Shown: positions 49,403 through 57,814 of the stretch, piece after piece
Layout: each line of letters opens with the position of its first letter
How positions within the stretch are numbered: the stretch's first letter is position 1
From: an uncultured Acidimicrobiaceae bacterium
GTDB lineage: Bacteria > Actinomycetota > Acidimicrobiia > Acidimicrobiales > Ilumatobacteraceae
NCBI GenBank assembly: GCA_963746265.1
Contig: CAVVAM010000014.1
Location: 592,114-656,113 of the forward strand
DNA length: 64,000 bases
Reading direction: 5' to 3'
Notes under the pieces: model-generated
Databases searched by the model: none
The model's input: the letters and a program-made list of their open reading frames with translations, nothing else
What the model was told of the DNA's origin: nothing
Program-made: the position numbers and the translations under genes

Positions 49403-50268
49403 CTGACCCGATGCACGACCACGGCGGGTCGGACGCAGCCGAAGCCGCCGAGGCGACACCGGCTGCCGAGGTCGGCGCCACGATCGATGCGACGGCCGAT
49501 CGGGCCGCCATGCTGCGAGCGCAGGCACGCAGCGGTGAGGCGATTCCCCTCTCGGAGTTCCGCACGAAGAGCCGACGCGCCTTCCTGACGGGCGCTGCGG
49601 GCATCGTCGGCGCCGGCGTGCTCTGGAACTACGTTCAGACCAAGTCCGACCCGGTCGACGGCATCCCCGGAGTGCTCCGCGACACACTCGAGACCAACGA
49701 GGCGATCTGGTCGAACTTCCAGGGTCGCTCGGCGCCCGAACACGACATCAGCGACGCCTCGCCCATCCAGGTCAACGGGCGGATCGGGATCCGTGAGGAG
49801 GTCGACCTGGAGAGCTACACCGTCCGCGTGGAGGGACCGGATGGTGAGCTGCTCGACGAGTTGCCGATCGGACACTTCGAGGGTCTCCCGCAACGCGACA
49901 TGGTCATCGAACACAAATGCATCGAGGGCTGGTCGAACATCACCCACTGGCGAGGCGCCCGCTTCCGTGACTTCCACGAGCGGTATGCCAACCGGATCGG
50001 CGATGCCGGCTACGTCGCGCTCGAGACCCCGGACGGCGAGTACTACGTGGGCTGGGACCTCGACGCGATCCTGCATCCCCAGACCGTGCTCGCCCTGGAG
50101 CAGAACGGTGAGCCACTCGACGATCGGCACGGGGCACCGCTCCGGCTCGCCACGCCGAACAAGTACGGGATCAAGTGCCTCAAGCGGATCGGCGTGATCC
50201 GGTACAGCAACGACCGCACCCCCGACTACTGGGCCGAACGCAGCTACGACTGGTACGCGGGTCTCTGA
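49399..50268 (+). CDS. Sulfite-oxidase-family molybdopterin oxidoreductase (MsrP/YedY-like)
   Basis: Tat-like SRRAFL, HKCIEGWS, HGAPLRL and KYGIKCLK; GTGA overlap. Confidence 0.88.
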   Translation: MTDPMHDHGGSDAAEAAEATPAAEVGATIDATADRAAMLRAQARSGEAIPLSEFRTKSRRAFLTGAAGIVGAGVLWNYVQTKSDPVDGIPGVLRDTLETNEAIWSNFQGRSAPEHDISDASPIQVNGRIGIREEVDLESYTVRVEGPDGELLDELPIGHFEGLPQRDMVIEHKCIEGWSNITHWRGARFRDFHERYANRIGDAGYVALETPDGEYYVGWDLDAILHPQTVLALEQNGEPLDDRHGAPLRLATPNKYGIKCLKRIGVIRYSNDRTPDYWAERSYDWYAGL

Positions 50269-50328
50269 GTCGGGCGAACGGTCGGACTCGAGGCGTCGGC
50301 GGACCCAGGTGGCGCGTACGCTCGCAGC

Positions 50329-51318
50329 GTGCACGTCGCGGTTCCGTTCCCCACCGAGCAACCTCCGGGCTACTCGTGGCTCGACGACGAGCCGATCTTC
50401 GACCCCCACCGGCACCTGCAACTCGCGGCCCCGACCGGCACGACGAGCTTGCTGGAGTTCGGGTACGACCACGAGACGATCGCTCCGACCGCGACACCGG
50501 TTGCGGTGTCGGAGCCGTTTCGGGTGCTGTCCGACGAGGGCGCAGCGGTCCTGCTCGACAGCTGTCGACGGCTGCGGTCGTTCGCCAGGCGCGCCGGCGA
50601 CCGCATCGAGAACACGGTGCGGGGTGGCTGCTACCGATCCCGGTTCCTGCGCGACCTGTGTCTCGACCCCCAGGTGACCGCGATGATGTCGTCGATCTAC
50701 GGCACCGACGTCGCGCCACACACCATGCCGCTCCATCTCGGGCACCTCAACTACGAACCGACGAACGTGCGCGAGGCCGTCGACAAGTGGCACCACGACA
50801 CGATCCCGCTCGATTTCGTGATGATGGTGACCGATCCGGCCACGTTGCCCGGCGGCCAGTTCGAGTACTTCGTCGGCACCAAGTCGGAGGCCGCCGAGTT
50901 GGCCGCGCGTGGCGAGCGCCCGCCGCCGGACCGGGTCGTGGCACCGCGCTTCCCCGGGCCCGGCCACGCGATCGCCCTCCACGGCGACATGGTCGTGCAC
51001 CGCGGCGCCCCGCTCACCGAGCAGGCCGAACGGATCACCATGGTCAATGCGTACGTCGCGCTCGACCGGACCAAGGCGGATCAGTCGAGATCACGCGACC
51101 TGATCGGGGTCGACGACGAAGCCCACCTCTACACGGAATGGGCCCGCCACGTCGCCTGGCGGGCCGAAGGGCGGCTCGCATCCCTCGTCGAGTCGGTCGA
51201 GTTCGGCTTGAGTCGCGAGGCCGCGATCGAGACGTTGACGTCGGCGATCGCCGATGTCACGAGGGCGATCGACGACATGCAGGCAGGTCGGCGCGACGCC
51301 GAACACTACGAACGCTGA
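50329..51318 (+). CDS. Uncharacterised Fe(II)/2-oxoglutarate dioxygenase-like protein
   Basis: WHHD...GGQFEY...HGDMVVHRG...ERITMVNAY, i.e. HxD...H plus the 2OG-binding Arg. Confidence 0.65.
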   Translation: MHVAVPFPTEQPPGYSWLDDEPIFDPHRHLQLAAPTGTTSLLEFGYDHETIAPTATPVAVSEPFRVLSDEGAAVLLDSCRRLRSFARRAGDRIENTVRGGCYRSRFLRDLCLDPQVTAMMSSIYGTDVAPHTMPLHLGHLNYEPTNVREAVDKWHHDTIPLDFVMMVTDPATLPGGQFEYFVGTKSEAAELAARGERPPPDRVVAPRFPGPGHAIALHGDMVVHRGAPLTEQAERITMVNAYVALDRTKADQSRSRDLIGVDDEAHLYTEWARHVAWRAEGRLASLVESVEFGLSREAAIETLTSAIADVTRAIDDMQAGRRDAEHYER

Positions 51319-51322
51319 TCGC

Positions 51323-52276
51323 TCACCGGGCGGCGATCGCGGCGACGTCATCCATCTGCTCCCGTGCCAGGTCGATCTCGTCGCCCGGGAACACGGTGAT
51401 GCTTGCGACACCCGCTGCCTCGAGCGCGGTGACGTGGGCGTGGGCGTCGTCGATGGTGCCGATCGCTCCGATCTCGGTCCAGTAGTCGGCCGGCATGTCG
51501 AGCAGTGCCTCGGCTCCGTCGTCGGCGACCCGACCCGCCATCTCGTCGAAGAACGGCAGCACTCGAAACGCCGGCCGTCCCTCGGCGATCATTCCGGCGA
51601 CGAGTGGGGCGACGAAGCCGTACGCCGCGCGGCGATCCGCGTGCACCGCCATCATCGTGAACGTGACCACACGGAAGCCTTCGGGCCGACCTGCCCGGTC
51701 GAGCGCCCAATCGACGTAGGTCGGCCCCGCACCTTCGGCCAGGACCACCCCATCCGCGACACGACCTGCGAGGGCGAGTGACTTCGCCTGCTGGACTCCG
51801 GCCAGGATCGCCGGCACGTGGGCCGGCGGTTGATCGAGTCGCACGCGGTCGAACGCGACCTCGCGCCCGTCGAACGTGACCTCCTGACCTGCGAGCAGCC
51901 GCTTGACCACGGTGACCGTCTCGTCGAGTGTCGTCAGCGGTGACTGCGTCCGTGCGCCCATCTGCCCCATCCACTCCTGCACGCCGTGACCGATGCCGGG
52001 GTGGAACCGGCCGGGCGCCAGGTTGCACAGCGTGGCGATCTCCATCGCCGTGATCGCCGGGTTGCGGGCCACCGCCGGCAAGATGCCGATCCCGACCTCG
52101 AGCCGGTCGGTCACGGTCAGCGCGGTCGCCGCCAGGCTGATGCCAGCGGTGAAGAAGCAGTCCTCGATGACCCACAACTCGTCGACGCCGATGCTCTCGA
52201 GCCGGCGGGCGTAGTCGCGAATCGCAGCGGCGGGGAACGCCCGGTCGAAACACATCCCGATCTGTGCGCGCTGCAT
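51323..52276 (-). CDS. LLM class flavin/F420-dependent oxidoreductase
   Basis: ELWVIED, GIGILP..RNPA..AME.ATL and GRFHPGIGHG. Confidence 0.88.
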   Translation of the reverse strand: MQRAQIGMCFDRAFPAAAIRDYARRLESIGVDELWVIEDCFFTAGISLAATALTVTDRLEVGIGILPAVARNPAITAMEIATLCNLAPGRFHPGIGHGVQEWMGQMGARTQSPLTTLDETVTVVKRLLAGQEVTFDGREVAFDRVRLDQPPAHVPAILAGVQQAKSLALAGRVADGVVLAEGAGPTYVDWALDRAGRPEGFRVVTFTMMAVHADRRAAYGFVAPLVAGMIAEGRPAFRVLPFFDEMAGRVADDGAEALLDMPADYWTEIGAIGTIDDAHAHVTALEAAGVASITVFPGDEIDLAREQMDDVAAIAAR

Positions 52277-52363
52277 CGTGTCAACGTAGTGCGAAGCCGC
52301 TCCGGCGGCGTCGGGAGGGGGGTCGACACCGACCCGGGTCGAACGACAGGGGCGACCGATCGT

Positions 52364-54139
52364 TCAGTCCGGCAGCTGTTCGGCCAGTTCCAGCCAGCGA
52401 TCCTCGAGCGTGGCGAGTTCGGCCTGCGCCTCGGCGAGTTCGCCGCCGAGGAGGGCCATCGCCTGATGGTCCTCGGCCGACGCCAGGTCTCCGTGCAGGC
52501 GGTCGACGCGTCGCTGCGCCTTGGCGATGGCCTGCTCGGTGTCGCGAATCCGGCGTCCGAGGGTGTACGGGCTCACCGACCCACCGGTGGTGCGCCGCGA
52601 ACGGGACGATCGCACCCCACTCTCGGATGGTGCCGTCGCCGACGGCGGCGTCGGCGACGGCGGCGAGAGCCGGCTCGCGAGCCAACCCTGCACACCGCCT
52701 GGTACACGGCGCAGTTCGCCGCCCTCGTCGATGGCGAGCACGTGGTCGACGGTGCGATCGAGGAAGATCCGGTCGTGGCTGGCGACCACGAGCGCTCCCG
52801 GCCACTCGTCGAGGAAGCCTTCCAACGCACGCAGCGTGTCGAGATCGAGGTCGTTGGTGGGCTCGTCGAGCACCAGCAGGTTGGGCTTGGCCGCGAGCAC
52901 CATGACGAGCTGCAGCCGGCGGCGCTCGCCGCCCGACAGCATGTGGACCGGGGCGAACTGGGCGGTCGCGTCGAACCAGAACCGTTCGAGCAGCACACGA
53001 TCTTCCCAGTCGGGCTCCCGGAGCGGACCGGCGACGAGCTTGCGCACGATCGCGTCCGGGTCGAGCGTCGAGGTCTGCTGGTCCGCATAGCCCGACACGA
53101 CCGTCGAGCCTCGTTTCACGGAGCCGGCTGCCGGCTCGCGTCGTCCGGCGATGATGTCGAGCAACGTGGACTTCCCCGACCCGTTCGGGCCGACGATGCC
53201 GAGCCGGGCGCCGGGCTCGACCAGCAGGTCGACGTCCCGGAACACGGTGTGATCTCCGTACGCCTGAGCGACGCCGATCAGCTCGACGACCTGGTTGCCG
53301 AGACGGGTCGAGCCCATGTCGAGCAGCAGGTCGTTGCCGCGTATCCCCTGGCCCTCGGGACCACCGGCGACGATCTCGCGCGCCGCACGGAGTCGTGCCT
53401 TCGGCTTGGTCGAGCGGGCCTGGGCACCGCGCTGGAGCCACTCGAGCTCGCGACGCGCGAGGATGCGCCGGCTCGCCTCCGCGCCGGCCGCCTGCTCGTG
53501 GCGGGCCGTTCGACCGGCCAGGTAGGTGGCGTAGGCGCTCGCGCCCGCCTCGGCGCGATGGACGTGGCCGGTCCCGCGTTCGAGCTCGACGATCCGACCG
53601 CTCCCGCGCGCCGTGGTCAGTCGGTCCATGAGGTGACGATCGTGTGTGATCATCACGAGTGCCGCGTTGGTGGCGGCCAGGCGCTGTTCGAGCCACTCGA
53701 TGGCTTCGAGATCGAGGTGGTTCGTGGGTTCGTCGAGCAGGATCATGTCGAACTCGCCCACCAGCGCACGCGCCAGCGCCACCCGCTTGGCCTGCCCACC
53801 CGAGAGCTGATCGGTGGGGCGTGACAGCAACGGCTGGACGCCGAGCGATGTCGCCACGGCAGCGACCTCCCACGAGTCGCCGAGGTATTCCGCCACGGTG
53901 CCGGGCGGGAGTTCAGGGTCTTGGTCCAAGAGCGCGATGCGCACGCTGCGGCCGAACCGGACGTCACCTTCGTCCGGCGTCTGCGCACCGGCGAGGATGC
54001 GCATCAGCGTCGACTTGCCGGAACCATTGACCCCCACGATGGCGAGGCGGTCGCCGGTCGAGATCGTCAGCGACAGATCGTGGAACAGCACCTTGTCGGG
54101 TTGGGCGATGCCCACCTTCGCGAGGTCGACGCAGATCAC
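52364..54139 (-). CDS. ABC-F family ATP-binding protein (Uup-like)
   Basis: Two ABC cassettes (GVNGSGKST, GPNGSGKS), LDEPTNHLD, LDEPTNDLD and a C-terminal coiled coil. GTG 54139 lies 6 nt after TATGGT. Confidence 0.92.
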   Translation of the reverse strand: MICVDLAKVGIAQPDKVLFHDLSLTISTGDRLAIVGVNGSGKSTLMRILAGAQTPDEGDVRFGRSVRIALLDQDPELPPGTVAEYLGDSWEVAAVATSLGVQPLLSRPTDQLSGGQAKRVALARALVGEFDMILLDEPTNHLDLEAIEWLEQRLAATNAALVMITHDRHLMDRLTTARGSGRIVELERGTGHVHRAEAGASAYATYLAGRTARHEQAAGAEASRRILARRELEWLQRGAQARSTKPKARLRAAREIVAGGPEGQGIRGNDLLLDMGSTRLGNQVVELIGVAQAYGDHTVFRDVDLLVEPGARLGIVGPNGSGKSTLLDIIAGRREPAAGSVKRGSTVVSGYADQQTSTLDPDAIVRKLVAGPLREPDWEDRVLLERFWFDATAQFAPVHMLSGGERRRLQLVMVLAAKPNLLVLDEPTNDLDLDTLRALEGFLDEWPGALVVASHDRIFLDRTVDHVLAIDEGGELRRVPGGVQGWLASRLSPPSPTPPSATAPSESGVRSSRSRRTTGGSVSPYTLGRRIRDTEQAIAKAQRRVDRLHGDLASAEDHQAMALLGGELAEAQAELATLEDRWLELAEQLPD

Positions 54140-54222
54140 CGCGCCACCATACGGTCGGATCGAGACGGTCACGTCGACGCCGCCGCGGACTGACGTCGGG
54201 AGCCGCCAGCCGACGAGACGCG

Positions 54223-54251
54223 GCAGTGCGCCCCGGGGAGGGGCGCACTGC
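54223..54251 (-). terminator. 12-bp GC stem hairpin
   Basis: GCAGTGCGCCCC-GGGGA-GGGGCGCACTGC, downstream of the 54321-54989 gene. Confidence 0.65.
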
Positions 54252-54252
54252 T

Positions 54253-54317
54253 GGGGGTGGTCGGGTCGCCGGGTGGGTGCCGGGTGGTCGACGGGTGGTC
54301 GACGGGTGGTCGCCGGG
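54253..54317 (+). repeat. Degenerate tandem repeat of about 11 bp (GGGTGGTCGAC) with eight G-tracts
   Basis: GGGGGTGGTC GGGTCGCC GGGT GGGTGCC GGGTGGTCGAC GGGTGGTCGAC GGGTGGTCGCC GGG. Confidence 0.75.
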
Positions 54318-54320
54318 TCG

Positions 54321-54989
54321 TCACCCGTCGGTGTCGCGGGTGCGGTTGACGCCCTCCTCGATCCGTTCGGTGATTCGCTCGAGCCGCTCCGCGGCCCGCT
54401 CCTCGTCGAGTCCGTGGGCGACTGCGAGGTCGACATGGCTCTCCGCATCGGCGATCAGGGCGTCGACGACGGTCTGGACATCGATTCCGTTCGCTTCGGC
54501 GATGTCGGCGATCGAGTTGCCGGCCTCCAGTTCGGCCCGCAGCGTCTCGCGGTCGATGCCGAGAAGGTCGGCCACGACGGCGTTGTTGCGTCCGTGACCG
54601 TCGAGGCCACGCCGGCCACGGTGATCGCGCTCCGGCCGATTCTCGACCAGGTGTTCGGTGACGGCATCGGCCTGGGCGGCGTCGATGGTGCCGTCGTCGA
54701 CCAGTGGTTGCAGCGTCTCGCGGAGCCGTTCGCCCGGCTCCGGCCGTTCGTCAGGCGCGTCTCCGAGGACCGCGGACGTGTCCTCCTGGAGTGCGACGAC
54801 CTCGTCGACGGCGCCGTCGGTCGCGGCACTCGTCCAGGCCGGCGTCATGGCGACGAGGCCGATCGCGCCACCGGCGAGCATGCCCGCAGCGACGCCGAGG
54901 GTCGCCGTGCGCCTCCGGCCGCGCCGTGTCCCGACCGCCTCCGTCGTGGAAGTCGGCGAGTTGGACTCGGGAAGGGTGTTGTTCATCAT
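54321..54989 (-). CDS. Exported/membrane-tethered hypothetical protein, probable target of the two-component system
   Basis: RBS GAAAGGA, RRGRRR + hydrophobic helix, LVDDGTIDAAQAD and LLGIDRETLRAELEAGNSIADIAEANGID helical motif. Confidence 0.8.
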   Translation of the reverse strand: MMNNTLPESNSPTSTTEAVGTRRGRRRTATLGVAAGMLAGGAIGLVAMTPAWTSAATDGAVDEVVALQEDTSAVLGDAPDERPEPGERLRETLQPLVDDGTIDAAQADAVTEHLVENRPERDHRGRRGLDGHGRNNAVVADLLGIDRETLRAELEAGNSIADIAEANGIDVQTVVDALIADAESHVDLAVAHGLDEERAAERLERITERIEEGVNRTRDTDG

Positions 54990-55041
54990 GTGTCCTTTCG
55001 ATTCGGGGTCGTCTGACGCTGATGAGCGTGACACCGGTGGT

Positions 55042-55080
55042 TGTGAAGCACGCCGGAGACAGTTGTGAGCGAGGTAAGAA
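55042..55080 (-). promoter_or_regulatory. OmpR-family direct-repeat array
   Basis: Minus-strand hexamers TTCTTA, CTCACA, CTCCGG and TTCACA at an exact 11-bp period. Confidence 0.5.
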
Positions 55081-55097
55081 CCGAACGGACGGTTCGA

Positions 55098-56396
55098 TCA
55101 GCCCGATGTCGTCGGAGCCCCGAGCCGGAATCCCACCACGGCTCCGCCACCGGGTCGGTTCGAGGCGAATGCGTCTCCGCCGTGCCGTCGGGCCACCTCG
55201 CTCACGATCGACAGCCCGAGACCCGAACCCGGCATCGTGCGGGCCTCGTCCGAGCGATGGAAGCGGTCGAAGACCTTCGGGAGATCGCCGTCGGCGATGC
55301 CGATGCCGCGGTCCGCAACGGTCACTTCGCCGGCGGCCACGGTCACCTCGATCGGCACGTCGCTCGTGTCGAATTTGGTCGCATTGTCCAACAGGCAGGA
55401 CACGGCGCGCTGCACACCGGACCGCTGCGCCGTGACCGGGCTGGGCGCGGCCGTCAGGATGAACGGCCGGTTCGCCCGACGCTCGAATCGGTCGACGAGG
55501 TCGCCCACCACGTCGGCCAGGTCGAACGACGAGGAGGGTTCGTCGGCGGCACCTCCCGCCGCCACCGCCACGACCTCCTCGACGAGCGTGGTCAACTCCG
55601 TCGTCTCCGTATGGAGGTCGGCCAGGATCGCCTCCCGGTCGGCCTCCGGCATGTCGGGGTACCGCCGCAACGCATCGAGGTTGGTCCGCAGGCTCGTGAG
55701 CGGAGTGCGCAGTTCGTGGCCGGCGTCCTCGACCAGTCGGCGCTGCTCGTCCTTCGAGCGGGCCAGCGCCGCCAGCATGCGATCGAACGCACTGCCGAGC
55801 CGACCGACTTCGTCCTCGCCGGCTGCACCGACTTCGATGTCGAGACGCCCGGTCGACTCCACGAGTTCGGCCGCCGACGTGAGCCGTCGCAGCGACGCGG
55901 TGACCCGGCCCGCGATCCACAAGCCCAGCACGACGGCGAGCGCCGTGACAAGTGCGGCGATCAGCGCGGTGCGGGTGCGCAGGCTCGCGAGCACACGACT
56001 CGTCTCTTCCAGCGAACGCCCCAGCTGGACGGCGCCGCGCGGGAACCCGATCGTCCGGACACGGTACGAACCATCGTCGATCGTGACGGTCGAGAACCGA
56101 TCGCCTCGCCGGCCGATCAGCTCGAGATCGGCGTCCGTGACGGGGAGCGGCTGTGGGAACGTCGTGTCGCGGATGGTGCCCTGCGGTCCGATGAGCTGGG
56201 CGTCGAGGCCCGACAGCGGACCTCGATCCGGCAACCGCTCACGGTTGATCGATCGGATGTCGGCCGACACCAGGGACCGGTCGATCTCGTCGAGGAGACG
56301 GTCGCGGGTCGACCGGTAGCTGAGCGACCCGAACGCGACGGCCGTGACGGCGGCGACCGCCGCCAGCGCGAACGCGATCCTCCAACGCAGACTCAT
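55098..56396 (-). CDS. HAMP sensor histidine kinase (MprB-like)
   Basis: Two TMs, HAMP, DAGHELRTPLTSLRTN, CLLDNATKF, DRGIGI, VFDRFHR and GSGLGLSIV. Confidence 0.93.
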   Translation of the reverse strand: MSLRWRIAFALAAVAAVTAVAFGSLSYRSTRDRLLDEIDRSLVSADIRSINRERLPDRGPLSGLDAQLIGPQGTIRDTTFPQPLPVTDADLELIGRRGDRFSTVTIDDGSYRVRTIGFPRGAVQLGRSLEETSRVLASLRTRTALIAALVTALAVVLGLWIAGRVTASLRRLTSAAELVESTGRLDIEVGAAGEDEVGRLGSAFDRMLAALARSKDEQRRLVEDAGHELRTPLTSLRTNLDALRRYPDMPEADREAILADLHTETTELTTLVEEVVAVAAGGAADEPSSSFDLADVVGDLVDRFERRANRPFILTAAPSPVTAQRSGVQRAVSCLLDNATKFDTSDVPIEVTVAAGEVTVADRGIGIADGDLPKVFDRFHRSDEARTMPGSGLGLSIVSEVARRHGGDAFASNRPGGGAVVGFRLGAPTTSG

Positions 56397-57085
56397 GTGC
56401 CGTCCGAGCGTGCGACGTACCCCACGCCACGCACGGTGTGGATCAGCCGTGGTGCGCCGTCGATCTCGGTCTTGCGGCGCAGGTACCCGATGTAGACCGC
56501 GAGGTTCTTCGAGTCCGGCCCGAAGTCGTAGTGCCAGATGCGCTCGTAGATCGTCGAGTGCTCGAGCACGACACCCGCGTTGCGAACGAGCAGCTCGAGC
56601 AGGTCGAACTCGGTCTTGCTCAGTTCGATCGAGGTGGCGCGTCGGGTGGCGCGTCGACCGGCGAGATCCAGGCGGAGATCGCCGAGCGTGATCGTGGTGT
56701 CGTCGTCCACCTCCGCCGCCGCCAGGCCGCTTCGCCGCACGAGCGCTCGGAGGCGGGCGAACAACTCGTCGAGATCGAACGGCTTGGGGACGTAGTCGTC
56801 GGCGCCGGCGTCCAACCCGGCGACACGGTCGCTGCTGTCGGTTCGTGCCGTCAACATCAGGATCGGGACGTGGTTGCCCTCGGAGCGCAGCACCCGGCAC
56901 GCGGTGACGCCGTCGATCACCGGCATCGAGACGTCGAGCACAACGACATCGGCGTCGTGCTCGCGCAAGTGTTCGAGCGCCTCGGCGCCGTTCGTCACGG
57001 CTGCGACCTCGTGGCCCTCGAGCGTGAACGCCCGCACCAGCGATTCCCGAACCGCACGATCGTCCTCCGCCAACAGCACCTGCAC
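56393..57085 (-). CDS. OmpR family response regulator (MprA-like)
   Basis: LLAEDD, VLDVSMP, GLDAGADDYVPKPF, SKTEFDLL, FGPDSKNLAVYIGYLRRK and TVRGVGY. Confidence 0.95.
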   Translation of the reverse strand: MQVLLAEDDRAVRESLVRAFTLEGHEVAAVTNGAEALEHLREHDADVVVLDVSMPVIDGVTACRVLRSEGNHVPILMLTARTDSSDRVAGLDAGADDYVPKPFDLDELFARLRALVRRSGLAAAEVDDDTTITLGDLRLDLAGRRATRRATSIELSKTEFDLLELLVRNAGVVLEHSTIYERIWHYDFGPDSKNLAVYIGYLRRKTEIDGAPRLIHTVRGVGYVARSDGT

Positions 57086-57096
57086 GACACGAGTAC

Positions 57097-57124
57097 ACCA
57101 GAAAGAGGTGAGAGATCGGTGAGA
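57097..57124 (-). promoter_or_regulatory. MprA-box-like direct repeat TCTCAC-N5-TCTCAC(-N5-TCTGGT)
   Basis: GTGAGA at 57108-57113 and 57119-57124 (11-bp period), in the 47-bp gap between the response regulator and crcB. Confidence 0.65.
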
Positions 57125-57132
57125 ATGTCGCG

Positions 57133-57492
57133 ATGCGTGCCGGGTTCCTCGTCATGGCCGGCGGTGCCGCCGGCGCTTCGGTGCGATGGAGCGTCGGCGA
57201 ACTTCTGCCGCTCGAACCCGGGCAGTTCCCCTGGGCGACGTTCGCGGTCAACGTCGTCGGTTGCCTCCTGATCGGGCTCACCGCACGTCGCTTCGCCCGC
57301 GGCACCGACGCCTGGCTCGTACTGGCCGTCGGCGGCCTCGGAGGGTTGACCACGTTCTCGGCGTTCGCCGTCGAGACCCGACTCCTCGTCGCAGCCGATC
57401 GACCGATGACCGCGCTCGTCTACGTCGCGGCCACGATGATCGTCGGTCTCGGCGCCACCGAGCTGACGCAAGCGGGCGGATCCTCGACATGA
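57133..57492 (+). CDS. crcB: Fluc/CrcB fluoride channel subunit
   Basis: GGAAGASVR, FPWATFAVNVVG and GGLGGLTTFSAF. Confidence 0.92.
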   Translation: MRAGFLVMAGGAAGASVRWSVGELLPLEPGQFPWATFAVNVVGCLLIGLTARRFARGTDAWLVLAVGGLGGLTTFSAFAVETRLLVAADRPMTALVYVAATMIVGLGATELTQAGGSST

Positions 57493-57806
57493 TCGGAGCA
57501 CTGTTCGTGGCCGGTGCCGCCGCCGGCGCTCTCGTCCGCCATCTCGTCAACCAGTCGGGCCTCGGCTGGATCAGCACGCTGGCCGTCAACGTCGTCGGGG
57601 CGTTCGCGCTGGGCGTGCTCGTCGCGGTGGATCCGCGACCCGGCGTCGTCACCGTGGTCGGCGCCGGGCTGCTCGGTAGCGTCACGACGTTCTCCTCGTT
57701 CGCCCTCGAGGCTGCGTACGGACCACCGAAACGCCGGGCCCTGGTGATCGGATCCACACTGTTGTTCGGTTTGACCGCCGGAGCGGCGGGCTACGCGATC
57801 GGCTGA
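57489..57806 (+). CDS. crcB: Second Fluc/CrcB subunit
   Basis: GAAAGALVR, TLAVNVVG and GLLGSVTTFSSF; ATGA overlap; 105 aa. Confidence 0.85.
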   Translation: MIGALFVAGAAAGALVRHLVNQSGLGWISTLAVNVVGAFALGVLVAVDPRPGVVTVVGAGLLGSVTTFSSFALEAAYGPPKRRALVIGSTLLFGLTAGAAGYAIG

Positions 57807-57814
57807 TCGTCCGC

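Noticed and set aside
50329-51318. BesD-type radical halogenase call
   Set aside because: The facial triad retains Asp (HHD). Halogenases have Gly or Ala at that position.
54253-54317. Possible CRISPR mini-array
   Set aside because: The units are about 11 bp with no unique spacers, and no cas genes are present.
57086-57132. Fluoride riboswitch upstream of crcB
   Set aside because: No GGCGATGG...GCTGATGAC-type core, and the gap is too short.
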